From Octopus vulgaris (Eukaryota), in the NCBI GenBank assembly GCA_951406725.2, contig OX597830.1:52638001-52702000 (forward strand): DNA of 64,000 nucleotides, written 5' to 3'. The position numbers and the translations under genes were made by a program. Positions 1 through 11,209 of the stretch are shown here, one piece after another (position 1 is the first letter of the stretch; every line of letters begins with the position of its first letter). A model generated the notes under the pieces. The model searched no databases. It was not told the DNA's origin and was given only the letters and a program-made list of their open reading frames with translations.

Positions 1-278
1 CAGAACCTACATCCTTCATAAATATTTCTTCAGCTCTGCTAATACCTACCTACCGAGCCTTCAGAAAAGTAAAAGAGAGAGAGACAGAAAAGAGAAAAAT
101 GTCCCATGTTTTAGAAAACTATGGAAATATTTTTTAAAAAAACATTTTATTTAATTTTTCCACAGTTTGTTTTTCATGCTTTACTCTATGTCGAAAAAGT
201 TGCAAAGATTGAAAATGGTACTAAAATGTTCTTCATGAGAAAATTATTTTAGCATTTTCTACCTTGTCCTAATTTCCT

Positions 279-314
<36 letters not shown>

Positions 315-401
315 AATATATGCATACATATATACAAATATATGCATACATGTATACAAATATATGCATACATGTATACATATATATGCATACATATATA
401 C

Positions 402-474
<73 letters not shown>

Positions 475-672
475 TGGCCGCGTGTGTACCGTTGGCAATT
501 TTTTTCCTCTGTCTTCCCTTCTCTGGATCTTTCCTTCTCCTATGTTTCCGATGAACAGCTCCGCTCGAAACGTTAAACCCTCCTTCTTTCCTTCTTTCCT
601 GAGCGTCCAATAATACTATATTTGTTCCACGTCCTCGCATTGTTGTGTTTTTTTGTGCTTTCATCTTTGGAT

Positions 673-730
<58 letters not shown>

Positions 731-770
731 CATACACACACATGTGTGTGTGTGACACAGAGAGAGAGAG
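279..770. repeat. Compound (TG)n/(TA)n/(CA)n/(GA)n microsatellites, representative of dozens across the window
   Basis: Direct inspection; other examples are (ATT)n at 11159-11208, (TAG)n/(CAG)n at 58765-58843 and (TA)n at 33686-33743. Confidence 0.95.
544..578 (+). ncRNA. Variant minimal hammerhead-like motif in a ~200-bp element (about 474-676) between microsatellites
   Basis: GTTT-CCGATGA-ACAGC TCC GCTC-GAAAC-GTT-AAAC; U4C change in the core; stem III reduced to the palindrome AACGTT. Confidence 0.4.
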
Positions 771-1084
771 ATAGCAGCTAAAATTCAAACTCTCATTAAT
801 AAAACCACCCGTTTCAACTTACCCTTCTGCCAAGCTGTTATGATTCAACAAAGGACACATGCAATTTATAAGTACATTATTTTGCTTTCTGTTAGAAAGC
901 CTGAAATTACTTATGTTTTATGGATTTTGTTTTTTTCTGATGCTGTCACGTATAGCTTAAATCAGGGATGGTAAGAGGGGGAGGTGGTGGTGAGGACAAA
1001 TCTCTCCTTATCTGGAAGGCCAACACCCATCCTCACCTGATAATTTCTCAGCATGCTTCATTGGCTTGAGAATTTGATTACCTG

Positions 1085-1136
<52 letters not shown>

Positions 1137-2005
1137 AATATATATATGCACGTGTGCGTGCGTGCATCTATGCATACATATGTTGCTAACATTGCAATTA
1201 TAAATAACATTGCCATCACATAAATAACAACAATATATTGACCCAGAGCAAATCTCGGCTAGCTGACTTACTATTACTACTGCTACTACTACCACCACCA
1301 CCACCACCATCATCACTACTACAGCTATTACCACTACAACCACCTCGGCCACTCCTGCCTCTACCACCAGTATCACTATCACCATCACTACCACCTCCAC
1401 CACCTCCGCCACTACGACTAATGATTTATTGCTAGTGAGTTGATTATAATCTTTGTTGTTGTTATTATCAGCTCAACTCCCAATCAAAACATATCTACTT
1501 AAACCATATTATCCTCTGAGGTTTTGAGGTTAGATATACACCACACACACACTCCTTGTATCATCACTTCAAGGTTTACTGGAGAGGTGTTTTTTATCAG
1601 TCTTCTCTCTCCCTCTTCTCACACCCTCTCTTCTCTCTCTCTCTCTTTCATTCACTCCTCTCTCCTTTTGCTGATTCACTCTCCTTCTGCTCTCTCTCTG
1701 GCTTCCTCACTCTCACTCCTCTTTTTTCCCTCTTCACTCTCTCTCTCTCCACTAACAAATACAGTGATGAAATGGTCATCTGAATGTTTTAGTCCTTTAA
1801 CTTAGATGGCCTGACATTTTTGGTAGCTTTGGGATACACAAACAGACAAACAGAGTGGGAGAGTCGGACGGAAGTACCATGGAGATTCTGTGACCAGTGA
1901 TTTGTTGTTTCCAGTGCTTTTGCGGTGGGGTTAATTTTGGAGAATCTGGCTTTGATTTTTGCAAGAAGAAACGTTTCCCAGACGCAAAGCACAGAAACCT
2001 TAACC

Positions 2006-2037
2006 ATGCAGCCAGGACTTGTTGTTACCTTCCCCAG
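2006..2037 (+). CDS. Candidate first coding exon of the GRAM-domain gene (MQPGLVVTFP-R)
   Basis: ACCATG start context and CAG|GTGTGT donor. Ends in phase 2 (AG), which joins the first base of the 36707 exon to give AGA (Arg). A pyrimidine tract with CTAAC and ACAG ending at 1764 could be its acceptor. No homology support. Confidence 0.4.
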
Positions 2038-2338
2038 GTGTGTATCACTAGCACGTTTGCACAAAAGAAACTGTATGCGTGTGTTTCTGTGTGTGTCCAT
2101 GACCATGTGTTTGTGTATGTCTGTGTCCATTCATGTGTGCGTGCATGTATGTCTACATCCATGTCTATAATTGCTTTCTTGTGTATGTATGTGTAACCAT
2201 GGAGGGAGGCCATATATTCATGTGTGGTTGTGCCTGTATGTTTGCCAATTTTCCATCATTGTGTATGTATCTATACATGTGTTTGCATCTACATGTGGGT
2301 TCAAGTCGCTGTGTGTCTATATGTGTATCTGCTTCGAA

Positions 2339-2568
2339 GGCGGCGAGCTGGCAGAACTGTTAGCACGCCGGGCGAAATGCGTAGCCTTATTTTGTCTGCC
2401 GTTACATTCTGAGTTCAAATTCCACCGAGGTCGACTTTGCCTTTCATCCTTTCGGGGTCGATAAATTAAGTACCAGTTATGCACTGGGGTCAATGTAATC
2501 GACTTAATCCCTTTGTCTGTCTTTGTTTGTCCCCTCTGTGTTTAGCCCCTTGTGGGTAGTAAAGAAAT
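2339..2568 (+). mobile_element. tRNA-like SINE family A (GGCGGCGAGCTGGCAG..GAGTTCAAATTCC..GCCTTTCATCCTTTCGGGGTCGATAA)
   Basis: A/B-box-like head; many copies in the window; central block resembles the Nin-type SINE domain. Confidence 0.85.
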
Positions 2569-2921
2569 ATATATGTGTATCTGCTTTCTCATGTCAGTAT
2601 GTCCATATCTGTGTGTGTGTATACATATGTATATATGTCCATATGTGTCCACTTCTCTATGTGTTTGTGTCTGTGTATATCTACATCCATATGTGTATGC
2701 ACATGTCCAAGTATGTGTCAATATATACATCACATCATTGCGTGGGTGTGAGTGTGCCCACATCTGTGCCTTTGTGTTGAACAATTGCTTTATTTTAAAC
2801 TATTTTAGAAAACGTAAAAAAAACTGAAGAATTGTTGATAAATGTGGACATCCTATATGCTAAACATATGTTTAGCATATTAGGTGTCCACTTTAGTGGT
2901 CATTCCTCTTAATTTTGTATG

Positions 2922-2974
<53 letters not shown>

Positions 2975-3070
2975 TGTTATGGTTGTCTTTTTGATAAATA
3001 AATAAGTCAGCATTTTAATATCCTAAAGTTGATGAACCAACTAATGTGCTTCTCCATCTTCTTATTTGTA

Positions 3071-3101
<31 letters not shown>

Positions 3102-4627
3102 AAGAGCAAGAGATGATAGTGATACAACAATATATGAATTTAAATAGTCACTTTTATTATAAACATATTTTACTGTCCTGTTGCTCATTTCAGAGAACAT
3201 GAAATTTCTATGGGTCTCACTAATTATAACCATCATCATTTTTTGTTTTCACATTTTGAATTTAAGTTCCACTGGAGTCAGTTTTAACATTCATCATAAT
3301 TCCAGGGGTTGATAAAAAATACCCAGATTAATCTGAGTACAAACTTCTATAAAACATGTGGCTTTGACTCAGAGATAGTAATCATAATGATGAAGATGAT
3401 GTCACTGGAAATTTAGTGTTTTAGATTCATTTGTGCCATTTTCCTGACAATGATTTGTGACCATCATCTAGTTGTTTCATTGCTATTGAAAGAGATAGAA
3501 ATGAGGAACAGATTTGGTTGGACTATAAAAACAACTATTTCCACCAAAGAAGAGATTCTTCACAATCAGAATGTAAAGGCTTTCAAGTGAAAGGTGCCAG
3601 CTGTATCTACCAACCTTTAATTAGTTTCATAAACTTAATATATCGGTCTTTACTGTTGTAGACTGGTGCTTGGTCAGCCTCTAATCCAGTAGACTTATGT
3701 TCAGTTAATCCATCCATGACCATTGTATCTTTTCTTCAGATCAGAGTAACCACTGCCTTTAGAGGTCACTACTGTTCTCACACTTCTATCATAGCATCAG
3801 TGAACCTCATTATCAAGAGATGAAACCTGACCACTGTTGTCTCCAACAAAAGGAAAGCCCGTGTCTCTCCTCCCCCACCCCTGCCCATGGTCCTGGTCTG
3901 AAAATGACCAGAGCTGATGTGTTGCTTCCTATTGCTTCTTTTGTTATGTAGTGGCATTTATCCATTCCCCTTCTCATACAGAGCATGCGTTTAATGACAT
4001 ATGTTGCTGTTGTGGTTGCTTAGCCCCAGGTCAGCTCTGATCAAAAACATTGTAGTCAAACACATTCCAGCTACGACCATCCCTTCTTTTTGTATAGCTA
4101 ACATTTTCTTCTCCAGTGTTTTCCTTTCTGTTTTTGAAGTGGTTTGAGAGGGATTTAGCTGTTATTTAAAGCACATCTAGCTATCTTGTAGAAATCTTTA
4201 TTGGTTTATTCACATATGTATATATATTCTTTTACTTGTTTCAGTCATTTGACTGCAGCCATACTGGAGCACTCTCTTGAAAGGTTTTAGTTGAACAAAT
4301 CAACCCCTGGACTTATATATTTAAGTCCTTGTACTTATTCTATCAGTCTCTTTTGCCAAACTGCTAAGTTATGAGGATATAAACACAACACCAATTGTGA
4401 GTGTTTATTGAGCAAAAACACCTAAAGCTCCATGAGGCTCTGGCAGGGGGTGATGGCAATCCCTGCTGTACTCTTTTGCCATAACTTTCTCTCACTCTTT
4501 CTTCTGTTGGCCTGCTTGCTTAGTCAGCGGGATGGCATCATTTGAAGGCTAAAACAATGTGAAGCACATTGTGACCAGCGATGTGTAGCAACATCTGATA
4601 GCCTGGTCAGTCACGGTGATCACAGTG

Positions 4628-4679
<52 letters not shown>

Positions 4680-5458
4680 AAAGACAATAGGGTAGGATTT
4701 AAGGCACTTAACTAGCATCTCTAGCTATTTCAATTGACCATGTAGAGGCTCCTTCATTTGCTCATAGATGTGTAATGTGTTTGAGTGGTAGACTAATCCA
4801 TTGCCTAGTCTTTACATACCCTTAGTAAAGTCCACTTTATTGGTCCTGGTCCAGTCTACCACCACCACACTGTCACTTGAATATCTTTAGTGAGTTTCAC
4901 TGTAGTTGTCCTGGCTCAGGTTAACACCACCACCCCCTTGTCCTTCAGAGCCTTTAGTAAATAAAGGGAATTCTGCTGCAAGCATCCAGGCCAGGTCTCT
5001 GGTCTGTAGTAACTCAGACTGTTGCAACATTACTCCTTAATGCTCCTTGTACCTCTATTTGTGAATGGGAACAAGTGGACGTTGTTGCCACTACAAACAA
5101 ACCACAGATCCCTGCTCCTGTTACTAAGATCTTGGAAGTTAGCCCTATTAGCTGGCAGTCCCAACTGTGGATGCTGACCTTCTAACAATTAATCCAAATA
5201 GTGGTTAGCAGCAACAACCCATAAATCATGGTGCTGCCCACCTCCACCCTGTCTGCAAATGAATTTTTTTAACAATGCAAAAGATGCTGGCCGTTGCTAT
5301 TATATCAATTTTTGCCATTTTGCCTAAAATTTCAGATTCCAAACGTCAATTGTCTCTGAGTTTTGAAATAAGAAACGTTATTACGCAGCGTAACCTTTGC
5401 TGCATAATTTCATTGTTGTCGTTGATGTTGTTGTTCTTAACATTGATATTTCATAATG

Positions 5459-5490
<32 letters not shown>

Positions 5491-6336
5491 TAACGTTAAA
5501 ACATGATTGTTTGTTGTTGGAGAGAGTGATAAAGAGGACCACAAATATATAAAGTTATGTTTTTGTGTGTGTATGTATGTGTGTGTGTGTGTGTGTGCAT
5601 ATGTATGTATATTGTCGTTTTCTCATTCTCACCATCTTCATCTGTGTCAGTGTGATGGTATGTCTACATCCTCACCATCACCATTATCACCCCCCCCCTA
5701 CTACCATCAGCATTATTATATTAGTATTTCTCCATCGCCATTCTACCATCACCCTCACTATTATCATCATCATCACTACCATCATCCTCGCCACTACCAC
5801 AACCATCCCTACCATCACCATGTTGTTATTTCTATAGCACCACCATTGCCACCACTACCACCACCACTACCATCATCAGTTCCATCATCATCCTCACCAT
5901 TACCACCGCCTCCATCATAACTACCATCATCATCATCATCATCATCATATTAGTATTTCTATTGTCCCTCTGTAAATGAAACTCAGTTTTAAATAAAAAG
6001 ACAAGACTGGTCAGATGGGATGGCCATGGCTGGAACATGATTGATCATTATATCTTTTTAATCAGGACTGACTTGGACCTGGGGCTATAGAGCAACAACA
6101 AAAGAAGTCCTGGAACAAGTGGATCAAAAGACATAGTATTAGTGAAAGTGTTTAACAATGACACAGGTCACCAATGACCTCCACCACCACCCACCTCATC
6201 CCCCAGTAGTTAACTGGTACTTCATTTTATTGTCAGGATTTTAACTTAAAATGTAAAGCGACATAACTAAATACCATAAGGTACTTGGTCCCCTCTCTCT
6301 ACAAAATCTACCATCTACTGTGTTAGTAATATATAT

Positions 6337-6564
6337 TTCTTTACTACCCACAAGGGGCTAAACACAGAGGGGACAAACAAGGACAGACATAGGTATTAAG
6401 TCGATTACAACGACCCCAGTGCGTAACTGGTACTTTATTTATCGACCCCGAAAGGATGAAAGGCAAAGTCGACCTCGGCGAAATTTGAACTCACAACATA
6501 ACGGCAGACGAAATACCGCTAAGCATTTTGCCCGGTGTGCTAACGTTTCTGCCAGCTTGCCGCC
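6337..6564 (-). mobile_element. SINE family A
   Basis: Full-length reverse copy with TTAGTAATATA on both sides. Confidence 0.85.
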
Positions 6565-7729
6565 TTTAGTAATATAAATAACTGTGTTAGTAATATAAAT
6601 CCACATGTTGTTATTGCTGTGCTCCAGGTGGGCCTTGATCTATCCCATCTAGGACTACATTACCTTGCATGTACAGTGAGCTTATCACAATAGAACAGTC
6701 TGATTTGAGGGAACTTTAACTGCTACTTCCGGCAACAGATTTTCCCTTGTCGACACCAATGTTATTGATGTTATTGTATAACCCCAGGTTGGCCCCAATC
6801 AAGCAAATTTATGATCATGAACAGAATGTTCATGATCACCCTACCTTTTTCCTACAAAAAGTGCACTTCGAACTATATTATCTAATACGGCTATTATTTT
6901 TAGCATATCAAGTGGCCACAGAGGTTTCTCCAGTCAAGATATCCCTTACCTATCTATATCTGCAACAAAACCTCATTTAAATTGCATTTTCTTCAATCGA
7001 ACCTGCAGTAATCATTAAAATAGAGTTAAAGAAAAAAGAAAACAAACAATGAAAGAGTGATTTATTTTAAAATGTTTTCTCAGTAATCTAAGATTGTTAA
7101 AAGATTAAAAGAAACAAATCGAAATTGTTATTTCAATTCAACTGAAAATTTTATTTTAAAGTGGATGATTTTTTTTTTCTTTATATACATATATATAGTT
7201 TTCATTTAATTTAGACAAAGTTTAAATTCCAGTTTCTTTGAACTATAAAAAAATAAATATTTAGTCTTTATTTCCAAACATCTATTTTTTGTCATTTCGA
7301 AATTTTAAACCAAAGAGAAAAAAAAAATGAAAAATACTAAACTTTTTATTGTAATTAATGGCAAAATCTAAAAATTGATTAGTGGCAAATTCCTCTTTCA
7401 GCTACAAAATAGTTTTCTTTTTCCCAAAGAGCAGAATGTTGGTACTAAATCTTGACCTCATTCCTATTCAAAGAATTCCTCTCTATCTACAGAAAAAAAC
7501 GTGTATTTTGATGCTAAAATGGTGTATAATGTTACTATTTAAGAATATGCTCATTTATGATGATTACTTAACGAGTTTGAACAAATTACTGCCTAACTAG
7601 TGTCCATTATATATGTTAATGTGTTCATAATTAGGTTTTACTGTGCATATGTATGTATGTGTGTGTGTGTGTGTGTATGTGTGTGCCTGCGCACTTTAGC
7701 ATTGCAACAGTCCAATGACTGAATCTAGT

Positions 7730-7767
<38 letters not shown>

Positions 7768-8863
7768 ATGTGCTCATTCATTTTATGCTTGTTTTACCAT
7801 GCTAGTAGGCACTGGACAATTGCTTACTATTCAGACTCTGGTTTCTGTCACTTATCCTCACCTGTTTTCCAAACAGGGGATCTTCTGTCTTCAAAAGCAC
7901 AAAGCTATAAGTACAATTTCTTAATAGAAAATGTAAGCATTCACACACATACACGCACACATACACACACACATATGTATATGTGTGTATATATCATCAT
8001 CATTGTTTAACGTCCGTTTTCCATGCTAGCATGGGTTGGACAGTTCAACCGGGGTCTGGGAAGCCAGGAGGCTGCACCAGGCTCCAGTCTGATCTGGCAG
8101 TGTTTCTACAGCTGGATGCCCTTCCTAACGCCAACCACTCCGTGAGTGTAGTGGGTGCTTTTTATGTGCCATCGGCACAGGTGCCAGGGGAGGCTGGCAA
8201 TGGCCACAATCGGTTGGTAGTTTTTACATGCCACCAACACAGAAGCCAGTCAAGGCGGCACTGGCATATATACATACATACGTAGTTGTGATTAAGAAGT
8301 TTGCTTCCTAATCACATGGTTTCTGGTTCAGTCCCACTGCATATCACTTTGGGCAAGTGTCTTCTACTATAGCCCTGGGCTGACCAAAGCCTTGTGAGTA
8401 AATTTGGTAGACAGAAACTGAAAGAAGCTCAATGTGTGTGTGTGCATATTTGTATTGGCATCTTCCAATAATTTAATTGTATGTGAGTATCACCATCAGA
8501 CAACTAGTGTCATTTGCTTCCAATCTTCCCTGAAAACATATTTAGTTATGGAGAAATATTACTTTACTTGGAAACAGGCGAGGGTTAGCAACAGCAAGGG
8601 TATCCAGCTGTAGTAAATTTGCTTCAGTAAATTCCATCTGAGCCATGCAAGCATGGAAAAGTGGATGTTAAATCAAAGTTGTTGACATATATACATACAC
8701 ACACACACATATATATATACACACACACACACATATATATATATATAGGTACTGCAAATTTAGGGTGAATACTTGATAAGTGTAAGCACCTGTATATGCT
8801 AGATGGTGGCAGAGGTGAGAGGGAATATATCAAATAAAATAAAAAACAGAACACAAAGGATGT

Positions 8864-8956
8864 CGTGGTACACGTGTTTCAAGCTTTATAAACGACCTGT
8901 TCTTACATCAGTGTATAATAAATATAAAAGATGGTTTAAAGCTCTCTTCAGCCGCA
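8864..8956 (-). ncRNA. Type I hammerhead ribozyme motif, second family
   Basis: Minus strand: GCGG-CTGAAGA-GAGCTTTA..(64-nt stem II region)..TAAAGCTT-GAAAC-ACGT-GTA-CCAC; palindromic stem III ACACGTGT; stem I has one mismatch. Confidence 0.68.
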
Positions 8957-9106
8957 TGCAATTGCTATTCCAAAGAGTTGCATCACACTATATATATATA
9001 AGTAACAATGAAGGGTGAAATTAATTAATTTGGAATAATTATCAATTACACCAAGTAGTCTTCGGCATGTAAAAGCCTCATTCGAGGAAAATTTAAGTAA
9101 TACTAA

Positions 9107-9193
9107 GCAATTAAGGGTTTAGCAACGAATTGCCTTACCGCACACCGAAATTCGGTGTGCGGTAAGGCAATTCGTTGCTAAACCCTTAATTGC
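9107..9193. repeat. Perfect 87-bp palindrome (43-bp arms, 1-nt centre) at the end of a ~190-bp element in (TA)n
   Basis: GCAATTAAGGGTTTAGCAACGAATTGCCTTACCGCACACCGAA-A followed by its exact reverse complement. Confidence 0.95.
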
Positions 9194-9236
<43 letters not shown>

Positions 9237-9797
9237 CATACATACATACATATATACACATACACACATATAGATAGATACATACATACATAGATAAAGA
9301 TAGATGTGACTGGTTTATGGGGTTATCTGGGGGTTAATTGGTCATATCTTCATCTGTATACTGTGCTGCTCTGTAACTTAGAGTGTGCTTCTTTTTCGGA
9401 TATATGATTTACTGACAACACACACACACACACAGTGTACATGAGTACACAGGTACAAAACATGGTGAAGAGAATACATGTCCTGTGGTGGACAGTTATC
9501 ACAGGAGATAATCATTTCTTCATAATATATGGCAAAATTAGAAGTTTCAACTTGAAATTAAAAAATAAGGAAAAAGATGCTTAGAATATACTTTTCTTTT
9601 TTTTTCTTTTGAATATCAAAAATGAATGGTTTTCATCTATCTTTTATAAAAGCATAATATTCTTTCTTTTATTCAACTTTATTTGACTCATTTGTTGTGT
9701 TTATATTACCCTCATCAATGGTTAGTCAACTCACCCAACACATCCCATTGATTTTGAACATGTGACAACCATTTGTCCAATCAGCTTTAAATGATTA

Positions 9798-10191
9798 CTA
9801 GCAGTATCGCCCGGCGTTGCTCAGGTTTGTTTCAACCCTTTAGAATTGGAATTTTTGAAAAGTTAATATTTTGCATTGTGTAGCTTGTTATTCTCTTTAA
9901 GTGAACATTTTTCTGGTTGAAATACACCAAAAAATGGCGACACAGCAGTAAAAAAAATCATAAAAAATAGGGATTTTCATAGAAAAAAAGCACCTTTTTG
10001 ATGTAAATAATTTTTGGTGTTAACATGGTCGGATTTGAATTTTTTTCTTCTACGGAAGGAAGAGCAAGCCTTCTTCTATCATACTCTCAATTTTGGTCAA
10101 CTTGCGTCGCAGGGTCTCGGAGGAGATAGTGTTAGTTGAAGGCTACCAAACCTGCCATACACAGACAACTTCAGCTTTATATATATAGAGA
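9798..10191 (-). mobile_element. Non-autonomous Helitron
   Basis: Minus strand begins TCTCTATATATATAAAGCTG and ends with GC-rich subterminal CCTGAGCAACGCCGGGCG plus CTAG; sits between A and T with no target-site duplication. Confidence 0.8.
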
Positions 10192-11157
10192 TTTGCCAAC
10201 TGGTTTTGACTGTGCTTTTTATAAAGTTCCTTAAAAGTCCACTTTTATCTGAAGATCAGTCACATCAAACTCAGAGTAATAGTCTGCAAAGTTCTGAACT
10301 AAATTCTGAACTAAACACACACTTGTGCGTGCATGTGACAAACTACTGTGTGCCTGTATATGTTGTGTGGTTGTAAACAAGTTATAGCCATAGACTGTCT
10401 GAACTGTTGGGTCTGTGATCAGATTAGATATATTTGACCACTAACTTACGTACCAAATTTCTGATTGACCATACTTCTTTACCAGAGGCTATGCAACAAT
10501 AACAATTACCAGATAATGAGAAATTAAAGACACAAATTATCTCAACAGTTAGCTATAAAAATTGAATGAAAGTTGACTTGGAATGGTGTGGCAAGCTGTT
10601 AATTACTTCCATTTAATTACTTTCAATTAATGAATCAGTATAAATTAAATCTATTTCTTTATGGTACACTTCATTAGGAATACAAATATAATTTAAGAGA
10701 GCTAATTACTTGCAGAAAACAATCACACATCATTGCACTGGATATATCAGCTTTGTATATTAGAGGTGATTGTTGATAGATGGTGGACTCAGGGGGGAAG
10801 AGTTACGACTAGGATAGTATACCTGGGTATATTAGAGGTGGTTGCTGATAGAAAATCTATATTAGTACACTGTGAGATAAGTAGATTGCTACATGTGTCC
10901 ACTATAAGTTAGAACAGCTGAATAAATAGTAGCAATTATTATTGTTGCATTCAAATTTTGGCACAAGGCCAACAATCTTGGGGAAGGGGTAAGTCGATTA
11001 CACTGACCCCCAGTCTCTACTGATACTTATTTTCTTGACCCTGAAAGGATGAAAGGCAAAAGTCAACTTCTGCAGCATTTAAACTCAGAACATAAAGACT
11101 TATAAAATGCCATTAAGCATTTTGCCCAATGTGCTAACAATTCTGCCACCTCACTGC

Positions 11158-11209
<52 letters not shown>

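Noticed and set aside
249-739. ORFs rich in CV/YI/HT dipeptides, and similar ORFs throughout the window
   Set aside because: Translations of (TG)n/(TA)n/(CA)n microsatellites, with no splice or homology support.
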